Source of the DNA: Octopus vulgaris
Taxonomy: Eukaryota
Assembly: GCA_951406725.2 (NCBI GenBank)
Contig: OX597814.1
Span: forward strand, 2,232,001 to 2,296,000
Direction: 5' to 3'
Length of the DNA stretch: 64,000 bases
Shown: positions 26,707 to 39,231 of the stretch, piece after piece
Layout of the letters: each line of letters opens with the position of its first letter
Numbering within the stretch: the first letter of the stretch is position 1
Position numbers and translations under genes: made by a program
Notes under the pieces: generated by a model
Told to the model about the DNA's origin: nothing
What the model saw: only the letters and a program-made list of their open reading frames with translations
Databases searched by the model: none

Positions 26707-27321
26707 TTTTGCTGCTGTCAGGGTTGAGCTACGTTAAGTAGGATGAAGGTCAATCTGGACATGACCTGCTCCTTTTAGAATAAACTGGTTTTATCTATTT
26801 TTTTCCGTTTTGTTTCGTTTTTCAGTTCCACTTAACGAATTATCATTGATTCTGTAAAGGCATCGAGCTGGCAGAGACGTTAGCAAGGCGGGTGGAATGC
26901 GTAGCCGTATTTCGTCTGCCGTTACGTTCTGAGTTCAAATTCCGCCGAGGTCGACTTTGACTTTCATCCTTTCGGGATCGATTAAATAAGTACCAGTTAC
27001 GCACTGGGGTCGATGTAATCGACTTAATCACTTTGTCTGTCCTTGTTTGTCCCCTCTATGTTTAGCCCCTTCTGGTTAATAAAGAAATAGGAATTATTAT
27101 TGCTTCTGTACCCGTCGTTTCTTTAAAACCGTAGAGTATGATTTTGCTGCTGTCAGGGTTGAGCTACCTTAAGTAGGATGAAGGTCAATCTGGACACGAC
27201 CTGCTCCTTTTAGAATAAACTGGTTTTATCTATTTTTGCCGTTTTGTTTCGTTTTACAGTCCCGCTTAACGAATTATCATTTCTGTACCCGTCATTTCTT
27301 TAAAATAGTAGAGTATGATTT
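26707..27321. repeat. ~180-bp tandem duplication; first copy carries a SINE A insertion
   Basis: TTTTGCTGCTGTCAGGGTTGAGCTAC...GTAGAGTATGATTT at 26707 and 27142. Confidence 0.9.
26857..27090 (+). mobile_element. SINE A, long-tail monomer with ~20-bp TSD
   Basis: TSD GAATTATCATTGATTCTGTA (26837-26856) / GAATTATTATTGCTTCTGTA (27091-27110); ends AAAGAAATAG. Confidence 0.92.
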
Positions 27322-27510
27322 AATTGCTATATCTAGCTGATAAAGCATCTACGTAGAGGCTCTTGGCATTTCAAATTTGGCACATCCTCGTGTACAAAAC
27401 GGTCTGCCGATAAGTTTGCTTTATAAATAGCTACTCAGCTATAGTTATACATGAACAGTTTCTGTCTCCGCTCCAATTCTGTTCCACTACATATTTTCTG
27501 TATCAGTAAA

Positions 27511-27571
<61 letters not shown>

Positions 27572-27922
27572 TGTTTATATGTATATGTATATTTACTCTG
27601 TATGAGTTATGTATCTATGTAATATCTGTCACGTATATATATCAAGACAAAGATAATCTTATCATATCTTGTATTAAAGCAACGGAATAATCTAGTTATC
27701 TCGAATACTTAGTATTTTAGAATGAAGCATTAATACAAGAATGCGAGAATTCTTTCTTTTTTTCTTTTTGGTCGACGTTGAAATCTTCCTGTCAATACTT
27801 ACAGAAGAAATTTATCTTTATGTCTATCTACACTTTACATATATATACATACACACACATTCACACACACGCACACACATTTGTGCACTTATCTACGCAC
27901 ATATTTATAGATATATATGTGC

Positions 27923-27984
<62 letters not shown>

Positions 27985-28093
27985 TTTTATACTTATATAT
28001 ATATATATATATAATATTTATGTTTATATACATACATATATATATATATTTATAAATATCTATGCATACATATATATAGGTTTATACATATAT

Positions 28094-28138
<45 letters not shown>

Positions 28139-28242
28139 AATATATATTTGTGTGTGTGTGTGTGTGCGTGTGTGTGTATACACTCACAAACATATATATA
28201 TCTATAACTATATCTTTATCTATATCTATATCTATATCTATC

Positions 28243-28325
<83 letters not shown>

Positions 28326-28657
28326 GTGTATATATATATGTACGCTCACAAATCATCCTCATATTTACGTTTGATATATGACTGTGAGTGTGTGTATGTA
28401 CATGTATGTATTTATGTATGTAGTTTTGGCACCGATATATATATATGTATGTATGTATACGAATATACAAATACATACGAATTGAATGTATACACCTGGG
28501 ATCAAGGAAATTTGACAATGCATTCGGAATATATATTTTCCATTAAAGAAGTGATCATTAGTATTTTTTAATTAATGTCCCACGTAAGAACGCTCTTCGA
28601 ACGATCTGTTGCGGTATTTCTGTACTGCACCGACTTTCATAAACTCCTTTGCAGATA

Positions 28658-29928
28658 TACCTGGTCTGATTAATAAGTGTCCGGGCTGTTGACATGGAAA
28701 CGAAGCTAAAGCACGCAGAATGAAGCCGGTGACAAAGATTGACCTTGAACTCTGCTGTGCATGCGCAGCAACTTTTTTTTAACTTCTAGCACACTTCCGC
28801 TCTTTAAGGCAGTGCTTGGTAGGAAGGTGTGTAGCGTGTGATCGTCGCATTGACCATGGCAGAGAAAGTTGACTAGAAAACCTGCATACGCAAATTTTGC
28901 CAATGCCTTCAAAAAGTTTTCATCGAGTGGCTGTGTGGTAAGTAGCTTGCTAACCAACCACATGGTTCCGGGTTCAGTCCCACTGCGTGGCACATTGGGC
29001 AAGTGTCTTCTACTATAGCCTCAGGCCGACCAAAGTCTTGTGAGCGGATTTGGAAGACGGAAACTGAAAGAAGCCCGTCGTATGTATGTATATATATATG
29101 TGTGTGTATGTGTGTGTGTGTTTGTGTGTGCGTATGTGTGTGAGTGTGTGTATGATGTGTGTGAGTGTGTGTCTGTGTTTATCCTCCCCCACCATCGCTT
29201 GACAACCGATGCTGGTGTGTTTAGGCCCCCGTAACTTAGCGGTCCGGCAAAAGAAACCGATAGAATAAATAATAGGCTTACAAAGAATAAGTGCTCCAGC
29301 ATGGCCGCAGTCAAATGACTGAAAAAAGTGAAAGAGTAAAAGAGTTCTAAAGACAATCCAGATCTTGTGCAGCTGAAACCCGAAGCTTTTTTGGTCAGCT
29401 GGAAGCAGTTTTGGCAGACACGCGTCTCACACCTAAATCTTTACTGATGATAGACTAAACTGAACCGTAATTAATCGGCGCATCTTCTGATAACTCATGG
29501 ATTGTAATTCGACGTTTTCCCCTCCCAGTGGCACGCACATCTGCGATGTTTTTCTCAGTCCTGGTGTCGAGTCACCAAGATCGTTCATCAATATCGACAT
29601 TTTTCGGCCATCTTGGAAACATCTGAACCACTCATACACATGTGTGTGGCTCATACACTCCTCTCCATACACTTTCTGCAACTTTGCATCAGCCTCTGAG
29701 CAGGTATCGCCATGACAACTTTCTCTGTCATCGTCAATGCGACGATCACACACTACACACGTTCCTTCCAATCACTGCTGTAAACAGCAGAAGTGAGCTA
29801 GAACGTTAAAACTTTGTGCGCATGCAAGACAGAGTTCAAAATCAACTATTACCAATCGCCTTCAAAAGCTCGTGCTTTAGCTTCGTTACAATGGCAACAG
29901 TCTGGATACTTATTGACCAGACCTCGTA
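28658..29928. mobile_element. Mariner derivative made of two inverted 5' ends, with SINE C in the middle
   Basis: Left TACCTGGTCTGATTAATAAGTGTCC...ATGGCAGAGAAAGTTG (+); right is the reverse complement of the same 5' end plus KLQKVYGEECMSHTHVYEWFRCFQDGR; TA on both flanks. Confidence 0.85.
28925..29344 (+). mobile_element. SINE C
   Basis: GTGGCTGTGTGGTAAG A-box, GGTTCAGTCCC B-box, TTGGGCAAGTGTC core, internal (TG)n, tail GTGCTCCAGCATGGCCGCAGTCAAATGACTGAAA. Confidence 0.9.
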
Positions 29929-30269
29929 TAATGAAAACATAATTGGCCAGTTTAGAAACCTGTATAAAATCAACGACGCTATTCTACACCATATAAGGTA
30001 TATAAATAAATAAGTAAATAAATAAATATTTTTAACTTCCGGTTTTATTGTTACATGTTTACAGAGAAGTGATGCATTGTCAATCAACCATTACTAAATG
30101 TCGCCATGTTTAATTTCACAGCTTGTCTGTCTGTTTGTCTGCCATATCTTCACTGCTACGACTATGGCTGTGACGTTGACTACGCCCATCACGGTAAAGT
30201 TCTGTTTTCATATTAAAAGAACGATGGTGATCGTCGTCATCGTTCTCATCATTATCATCACCGTCATCA

Positions 30270-30300
<31 letters not shown>

Positions 30301-30475
30301 TATCATCATCATCATCATCATTATCATCATCATAGTCGTCATCGTTGTCATCATCACCATGACCCCCCCACCACCACCAATCCCATTGTCCTCATCGTCG
30401 TCATTACCGTTATCATCGTTATTGGTTGTCATCATCATCTTCATCATCCGCATCATCATCATAATCGTCATCATT

Positions 30476-30509
<34 letters not shown>

Positions 30510-30589
30510 TCTTCTTCATCCTCATCATCATTATAATCCTCATCATCATCATAATCGTCATCATTATCATTATCGTCATCATCATCATT

Positions 30590-30622
<33 letters not shown>

Positions 30623-30679
30623 GTCGTCGTCATTGTCGTCGTCATCATCACCATCCTCAACATATTACTATTACCCCCC

Positions 30680-30713
<34 letters not shown>

Positions 30714-30789
30714 AATATCCTAAGCAAAATATGAATAATTTGAATGATATAAAAAAATGCTATCAACTCGATTACGTCTGTGAGATATC

Positions 30790-31745
30790 ATTTTACTCAA
30801 AGTAGACACCGTCGATCCTCCGCCTCAAGCCTCAAGACGGCTCTGGAACTTGGCGCACCCGTTCCTCACTGTGCCTCTGAGAGGATCTCCAAACAACCCC
30901 ATGATCTTGCCCTTCAGCTCAGTCATGGTGTTTCAGGCAGAGTGGTTGCTGGCTTTCCCAACTGTGCTCCACACAGTAATTCCATGGCATTAGAAACGGT
31001 GAAATTAAGAGACCGGAAATTGGATCTGGTGAAGTAGAAATCCTCCAGCAATCACTTCTGAACTTCTGACTCTTTCCGGAGCTATGGCAAGGAAATGAAA
31101 TCCTGATACTCTGTATATAACCTTCCAGCACCAAACCTCTCCAGGCACGGTTTGACCACACAGTCTCCAACAGATACACACCGCCGTCTGAATTTAGCGT
31201 GAGGCTCTGTTCAAAGATGTGGGGCGGCATGGCGTCAAACTCACGGAACACAGACCCAAGCACATCTCAATTTGGGAGAACTTGTTTCTAATGATGCGTG
31301 AGACATCGTATGGATTGTAGGCAATCCACTTGTTTTTCTAGGTGTTGCGCAAATTGGTGCTGGCAGAAGTTCTTTTCATCAGAGAAGAATTAGATCATCT
31401 TCGGGTCAGCATGATGGTTCGTTATGTTCAGGAGCTTCTTTGTCTTTGTCAAGTGGTTCTCCTTGGCTTGTGCTCTCAGAATTGGTCCCCTGTACCTGAG
31501 TAGTTTCCCATTCAGGGTCAGCTTCCAATACCCATTTCTCTCGCCGAAGCCTGGATTCCATTGCTCCGATCTTCTATCATATTGACCAGCAGTATTTAGA
31601 TGCATTCCGACCTGCGGACGCTGTCAGAACCCCTGCTGTGTCCTTCGTGTTGGCCACGGTGACCTAGTTTCAGTTGCAGCTGTCCAGCTCACGTCTTTCA
31701 ACCTTTACAGTGTTTAGAGAGCATCGAGCCGCATTCATCATGTCG
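30790..31745 (-). pseudogene. Degenerate maT (DD37D-like) transposase
   Basis: Reverse-strand fragments MMNAARCSLNTVK, FFSDEKNFCQ, AMPPHIFEQSLTLNSDG, VKPCLER; many disruptions. Confidence 0.8.
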
Positions 31746-31782
31746 CCTTTTTAATACTCGACGCTAATCATCTCGGTACAGA

Positions 31783-32005
31783 TGGCAGAATCGTTAGCAC
31801 GTCGGACGAAATGCTTATCGGTATTTCATCTGCCGTTACGTTCTGAGTTCAAATTCCGCCGAGGTCGACTTTTGCCTTTTATCCTTTCGGGGTCGATTAA
31901 ATAAGTACCAGTTACGCACTGAGGTCGATATAATCGACTTAATCCGTTTGTCTGTCCTTGTTTGACCTCTCTGTGTTTAGCCCCTTGTGGGTAGTAAAGA
32001 AATAG
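31783..32005 (+). mobile_element. SINE A, long-tail monomer
   Basis: GGCAGAATCGTTAGCAC head through GTAAAGAAATAG end. Confidence 0.9.
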
Positions 32006-32412
32006 GAAACAGGTAAATCTATTCCGCTCCTCCATGCCACTTAACTTTTTCACAACTACTATCTATAATTAAAATATTACTATTTTAAAATCTCAGAACG
32101 AGAGATAATCAGCAACAGTACTTTGGAGTAAAGATTGTTTGCCAACATAGCATGGCAGTCCTGGTTTAGGACGAATGTTGCTGTAATTTAGCCCCAGGTG
32201 ACATCATCGGCCTAGTCTTTACCATCGTCGCCACCGTCGGATGGATCATCATGATCATCATCATCAGCACTATCATCGTCGTCTTCGTCATCATCATCAA
32301 CATGATGATGATCATCATCTTCATGATGTTCATCATCTTCATTATTATCATCATGATCATCACTATCAGCGCCATCATCATTACCATCATCATCATCATC
32401 AGTAGCAATAGT

Positions 32413-32453
<41 letters not shown>

Positions 32454-32467
32454 TAGTAGTGGTGGAT

Positions 32468-32518
<51 letters not shown>

Positions 32519-33239
32519 TGAGAAGAAGAAGAAGAAGAAGAAGAAGAAGAAGAAGAAGAAAGTAGTTTATATATTTCTGCTGCTGTTGTTGATAGTGCTG
32601 ATGTTAGTGATGTTGTTGCTGCTGTTGCTGCTGCTGCTGCTGTCATTGTTGTGGCTGATGCTGCTGCTGTTCGTGCTGCTGTTGTTGTTTCGTGCAGGAG
32701 AACATTACAACACATTCAAAACTTTACGTTAATAAACAGGAGACATCTTTCGCCAAAGACAACAAAAGTCTTCCTCTCTCTCTCTCTCTCTCTCTGCCTC
32801 TCTTTTTCTGTTTTTCTCTCTCTCTTACTAACTCTCTTACTCTCGCTCTCTCTCATACCAACTCTCTCTTATTCTCTCTCTCTTACAAACTCTCTCTGTC
32901 TTTCTCTCCCTATCTCTTACTAACTCTCTCTCTCTGTCTAATTCAGTCGTTTCATTCTCATCGTCTCCTCCTCTAACACACGTATACACACACAACACAT
33001 TCACACACACACACATACTCACACACACACATTAATGTGAACAGAGGTAGGTATAAGAAAAGGATGGAGGTGGGGGGTCAGAGTTCATCACCTCGTTGCT
33101 TTCATTTTAGAATGTTTCATGTGTAAACAAAAAAAAAGTAATAATAATAACAACAATAATGTTAATAATAATAATAATAACAATAATGATAATAATAACA
33201 ATACTGATAATAATAATAATAATAATAATAGCGATACTG

Positions 33240-33313
<74 letters not shown>

Positions 33314-34179
33314 GATAATAATCCACGTAATACATACATGATGTAAAGAAAAATAGAATGAATAGTAAATATTTCGCCAAATTTGCGACCAATGACACCA
33401 TCTTGCACGGTTTATTACATTTCTGTGATGTTAGTGAATGATAAAGCAGTAATCTTGATTAAAGGCATATGGTCTATTTTACACATAGACACCCTACACA
33501 GCCTTTAACCCTTGCAATAATAATAAGGACGACCTTTTGGTATCATCTATCGACTTTCCGCTGAGGCTCATCTCTCACACGTCACCACAGCACACACAGC
33601 AGCACGGCTCTTCTATGGCGAATAACACCCTTATCATAGGCAAATATCTATCTGATCAGCGAGAGAATTGTACAAGTAGGAGATCTACAAAATCCTCACG
33701 GCTATTATCACACTAAACCTCCATTCTTTACCGTCTTAGCAGTCTTCTTTTAATCTTACCTAAGAAATGGTGGCGAACAGCACCAACCAGAACGAGGCTG
33801 CTGTTGCTACTGATGCTGATGATGATGATGACGGAGTTGTTTCTTCTTCTTCTTCTTCTTCTTCTTCCCCTTCTTCTTCTTCTCCTTCTTCTTTCTTCCC
33901 CTCCTTTTTTTCTTCTTCTTCCCCTTCTTCTTCTTCTTCTCCTTCTCCTTCCCCTTCTTCTTCCCCTTCTTCTTCTTCTTCTTCTTCTTCTTCTCCTCCC
34001 CATTCTTCTTCTTCTTCTTCTTCTTCTCCATCATCATCATTGTCACCATCATCATCATCATCATCAACTTCTACAACATTCTTTTTCTCACATACCATAC
34101 GCTCTTTCACTCTCTCATATTACTTCTTTCTCACACTTCTTTTCTCTCTCTCTCTCTCTCTTTCTCTTCACCTTGCTCA

Positions 34180-34230
<51 letters not shown>

Positions 34231-34781
34231 ACCCCTATCTTTCTACCCACCTCACACCACCTGTCTTATCTATTCCATCTACCCAACACATCATAACCAG
34301 GTAGCAAGCCATCATAATTCACCTTCGCCCTCATCGCTCTTTCTACAAAGCCATATTTTTTTTTCTTTAAGAATTTTCTCTAATTCCTTTCAGCCTCAAG
34401 TCTTGTCATTCACTTCCATATTTTCCTTAATAAGCACAAATACGGAATGTTTTCTTTTTTCACTGGACTGATTATTATTATTATTATTATTACTATTATT
34501 ATCATTATTATTATTATTATTATTATCATTATTATCATCATCATCATTGTTATTATTATTATTATTATTATTATCATTATTACTATTATTATTACTATTG
34601 ATTTGCAAGCCATGTAGTACAGCCAAACAGCATTTTCCCTTACAAGTCAAGCAATGCGCTACACTGCGTTGGTTACTTTGACCAAAGTCTCGGAACGAAA
34701 CACGCTGTGAAGAGACCACGTGAGAGTCCTGTCTTCCGAAAGGAGGCAATATTTCTTTTTTTTTTTTTTTTTTTTTTACCT

Positions 34782-35549
34782 GACACTCCGTTGGTTACGA
34801 CGACGAGGGTTTCCAGTTGATTTGATCTGATCAACGGAACAGCCTGCTCGTGAAATTAAACGTGCAAGTGGCTGAGTACGCCGCAGACCCGCGTGCCCTT
34901 AATGTAGTTCTCAGGGAGATTCAGCATGACACAGAATGTGACATGGTTGGCCTTTTCTAATACAAGTATTATAATATAAGGCGGCGAGCTGGCAGAAACG
35001 TTAGCACGCCGGGCGAAATGCATAGCCGTATTTCGTCTGCCGTTACGTTCTGAGTTCAAATTCCGCCGAGGTCGACTTTGCCTTTCATCCTTTCGAGGTC
35101 GATTAGATAAGTACCAGTTACGCATTGGGGGGTCGATGTAATCGACTTAAACCCTTTGTCTGTGCTTGTTTGTCCTCTCTATGTTTAGCCTTTTGTGGGT
35201 AATAAAGAAATAGGCATTTCGTCTGCCGTTACGTTCTGAGTTCAAATTCCGCCGAGGTCAACTTTGCCTTTCATCCTTTCAGGGTAGATTAAATAAGTAC
35301 CAGTTACGCACTAGGGTGGATTACATCGACGTAATCCTTTTGTCTGTCCTTGTTTGTCGCATCTACGTTTAGCCCCCTGTGGGCATTAAAGACATAAATA
35401 CAAGTATTACTCATTTTTGCCAGCTGAGTGCACTGGAGCACTGTGAAGGAAACTGTCTTGCTCAGTGACTCAAAGCGCCGCCGAGAATGGAACTCGTGAC
35501 ATTACAATCGTGAGCCGAATACGCTATCCATTAAGCCACGAGTCCTCAC
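34782..35549 (-). mobile_element. SINE B-related element, interrupted by a SINE A dimer
   Basis: Tail matches 10120ff; the sequence resumes after the TSD at 35397-35409. Confidence 0.75.
34979..35396 (+). mobile_element. SINE A head-to-tail dimer with 13-bp TSD
   Basis: Junction AAAGAAATAG|GCATTTCGTCTGCC at 35213/35214; TSD AATACAAGTATTA at 34959-34971 and 35397-35409. Confidence 0.92.
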
Positions 35550-35669
35550 TTTTTGTTTTCTGCACAGATGAAAGCAGTGTCCATGACATATTGTAGAGTT
35601 TCCGAGATCAGTCGGAGAGCGCGAGAATAGGATCGTCTAATCGGAAACCTGGCTGACTACGAAATACCA

Positions 35670-35901
35670 CTGAGCAGGTATCACCATGACAACTTTCTCA
35701 GTCGTGGTCAATGCTACGATCGCACGCTACACACGTTCCTTCCAAGCACTACTGTAAACAGCAGAAGTGAGCTAGAACGTTAAAACTCAGTGCGCATGCT
35801 CAGCAGAATTCCCGGTCAATTGTTGCCAAGCGGCTTCACTCTGAGTCCTTTAGCTTCGATACTATGGCGACAGTCCAGATTCTTATTGATCAGACCTCGT
35901 A
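35670..35901 (-). mobile_element. Mariner 5'-end fragment (same family as 28658-29928)
   Basis: Collinear with 29696-29928; ends TGATCAGACCTCGTA+TA. Confidence 0.85.
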
Positions 35902-36313
35902 TAAAATAAACAACGAAAAGTAAAGAAGAAATTTGTATAACATAAAAATTAATACATTTTTAAAGCAGGGCCCGTTTGATCTTTATTCAGCCACTTAAAA
36001 GTTTTAAACCTCTTAACATATAGAATAATGTGCCACGTATAACATATAGGATGAAAAATAAATAAAGAAAAAGTAAAGAACATAATTTTATTTAAGAGAA
36101 GAATACAGGTGCAAAATAATACACTTTTGCAGCGGAGTCTGTTTAATTCTTATCAATCCACTTAAAAATTGGCGTCGGGTGATGCATCCGTCACAGAAAC
36201 CAAAACAAGGCGGCCAATCGGAGAACTACTATAGCCTGCCAAATTCAAAGCTAGCTGGATTTTTGGTAATTCCGGACTTTTGGATTCTGGATAAGAGGTT
36301 CGGTACCTGTATT

Positions 36314-36691
36314 GGAAGCACTCCGTCGGTAACGATGATGAGGGTTCCGGTTGATCCGAATCAACGGAACAGCCTGCTCGTGAAATTAACGTGTAAGTGG
36401 CTGAGCACTCCACAGACACGTGCACCCTTAACGTAGTTCTCGGGGATATTCAGCGTGACACAGAGAGTGACAAGGCTGGACCCTTTGAAATACAGGTACA
36501 ACAGAAACAGGAAGTAAGAGAAAGTTGTGGTGAAAGAGTACAGCAGGGATCACCACCATCCCTGCCGGAGCCTCGTGGAGCGTTAGGTGTTTTCGCTCAA
36601 TAAACACTCACAACGCCCGGTCTGGGAATCGAAACCGCGATCCTACGACCGCGAGTCCGCTGCCCTAACCACTGGGCCATTGCGCCTCCAC
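36314..36691 (-). mobile_element. Full-length SINE B with TSD
   Basis: Head GTGGAGGCGCAATGGCCCAGTGGTTAGGGCAGCGGACTCGCGGTC (TCG anticodon-like); TSD TACCTGTATT at 36304 and 36693. Confidence 0.93.
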
Positions 36692-37908
36692 TTACCTGTA
36701 TTAGAGTCTAAATGATACGATTTTAAATAGCGAACTGGAATACATTTCGTGAAAAGACAGATAAGTTTATTGTTTGGGCAGAGGGACCATTCTCCTTATC
36801 ATGTGCTTTACTATATTTGCTCCACTGATACCTTACTACTGTGCAAAAAACTGCCACTTGGTACCTTGGGTTTCCTACTATTATAATTGGCGATCTGGCA
36901 CAAGTGACGGGCTGGCAGAATCGCTGTATGCTGGGCAAAATACTTAACGGCATTTCGTCTGTCTTTACGTTCGGAATTCAAATTCTGCCGAGGTCGACTT
37001 TACCTTTCATCCCCTAAAATTCCAGGCCTTGTGCCTAGAGAAGAAAGGGTTAGGTTATTATAATTGTTATTAAGGCAGTGAGCGGGTGGAATCGTTAGCA
37101 CACTGGGTAAAGTGCTTAGTGGCATTTCATCCGTGCTTTATGTTCTGAGTTCAAATTCAGCTGAGGCTGACTTTGATTTTTATCCTTTCATGGTTCTCAA
37201 GCGATGGGCACAAGAAGGATATCTGAATGTGCCGCAGATATTTGAGAAAATACCTCAAAAATTTTTTTAAAAGCCCATATTAAAGTTTAAGCATTTTGCA
37301 AAATGAATTCTTCATAATTCTTCACAAGTACGTTAAAAAGCTGAGCTATACTTTTCAGAATACTAGTGCGGTGACGGTGGTGGTGGTAGTAGTAGTAATA
37401 GTAGTAGTAGTAGTAGCAGCAGCAGCTATAAAACAACTGTATTGGTCTGTGATATATCTTAGTCCCTGTATGTAAATCATAGTACCATGTCATCGGTTAC
37501 CGTATGCAATTAGTGCTTGGCATCGTCTCAGACATATTTCTCCCTTAAGCACCATTCTTTCGCTGATTGCTTTGCTTTCTCTCCACCAGTATTCCATGAA
37601 CACACTTGTCCCTTGCTCTATGTGACTAGATGTGTATATTATGTACGTTAGTAAGTATGTATGCGTGCACGAGTATATATTACATACATATATATATATA
37701 TATATATAATATATGTATGTAATCTCTCTCTCTATATATATATATGTGTGTGTGTGTATGTGTGTGTGATTATAGAAAATATTAAATTTATATGAAAGTA
37801 TGTACATAAATACACAACGGATTTGTTTTTATAGAATTCCTCACACACACACGCACACACATACTTTTATTTGATAATATGTATATACATTTATGCTCTC
37901 TTTCTCTC

Positions 37909-37950
<42 letters not shown>

Positions 37951-37953
37951 GTC

Positions 37954-37999
<46 letters not shown>

Positions 38000-38032
38000 T
38001 CTCTCTCTAGTCTGTCTGGTCTCTCTCTTCTG

Positions 38033-38063
<31 letters not shown>

Positions 38064-38068
38064 TTATA

Positions 38069-38105
<37 letters not shown>

Positions 38106-38114
38106 TGTGTGTGT

Positions 38115-38151
<37 letters not shown>

Positions 38152-38290
38152 TGCGTGTACAAACATATTATAGTATATATATATATATATATATACGAAT
38201 TAGTCTGTCATGGTAATAATAATTTATTTTTTATTACCTTATTTATATGTTTTATATATATATATGTACATATATATATATATTTACATA

Positions 38291-38345
<55 letters not shown>

Positions 38346-38924
38346 ACATACATTTTTTACTTGTTTAGCCATCCGGCTATATATATATATATATATATAT
38401 ATACAAAGTTTTATATGTCTTCAGATTTTCATATTCAAAAGCAAACACACCCTCATTAAGCAGAGACAGTCAACAGATTTACCATAACGTCTGTACCATA
38501 ACCATAGCTTGATTTTCGTCTTTTCTGTAACCTTTTGAACCGTTCTTCAACACTGCGCCCCACCCTTATTCCACCCGGTGTTCTTTCTTCTCGTTCCTTC
38601 CGTTTGCCTCTGATTCTCTCCCACATCATTTACCATTTTCTCATTTCTTCTCCACACCCGCCCACCCCACTGCCCGTTCACTTATCATCACTCCACCTCC
38701 AACTATATATTCTTCATCGCCATCCTAAAAGACGTTTAAAACGGTCAGTCAACTTTCCCTGATTTTTCAAACTGCTTTTTTCACTAATTTTCGACCCCCA
38801 CCCATCACACACGTAATTTATTATACATACATTCACAATCACACGTACATATATACAAACATACACACGATGTCCTGTACCCATATAGGCATATATACAC
38901 ACACATATATATATGTACATTTAC

Positions 38925-38969
<45 letters not shown>

Positions 38970-39030
38970 GAAGAAGAAGAAGAAGAAGAAGAAGGAGAAG
39001 AAGAATATAAATAATATATATATATATATA

Positions 39031-39224
39031 TACCGGAGTAAACACATAAATGTGAAACAAGGTGGAAAAAAGCGAGTACTCAAATACCAGTGGTAGAGTA
39101 ATATGCTTTATCTAAAGCAGCAGAAAATTCAACAAAACCTGTTACTCTGACTTTCCCGTTGCCGTTGAATGGGAAAGTCAGAGTAACAGGTTTTGTTGAA
39201 TTTTCTGCTGCTTTAGATAAAGTA
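39031..39224. mobile_element. (TA)n-flanked element ending in a perfect 52-bp inverted repeat (Penelope-like inverted terminus)
   Basis: Arms 39106-39157 and 39171-39222 are exact reverse complements; 13-nt loop. Confidence 0.7.
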
Positions 39225-39231
39225 TATATAT

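Noticed and set aside
33755-34110. Minus-strand acidic ORF ending ASFWLVLFATIS next to TAG|GTAAGA
   Set aside because: Mostly (GAA)n; the stop codon abuts the donor and there is no acceptor evidence.
35550-35680. Strong acceptor TTTTCTGCACAG with a downstream CAG|GTATCA
   Set aside because: All three frames contain stops and the donor lies within a mariner fragment.
36620-36691. tRNA-like sequences at SINE heads
   Set aside because: They have A and B boxes but no proper acceptor stem, and they are continuous with SINE bodies and TSDs; not tRNA genes.
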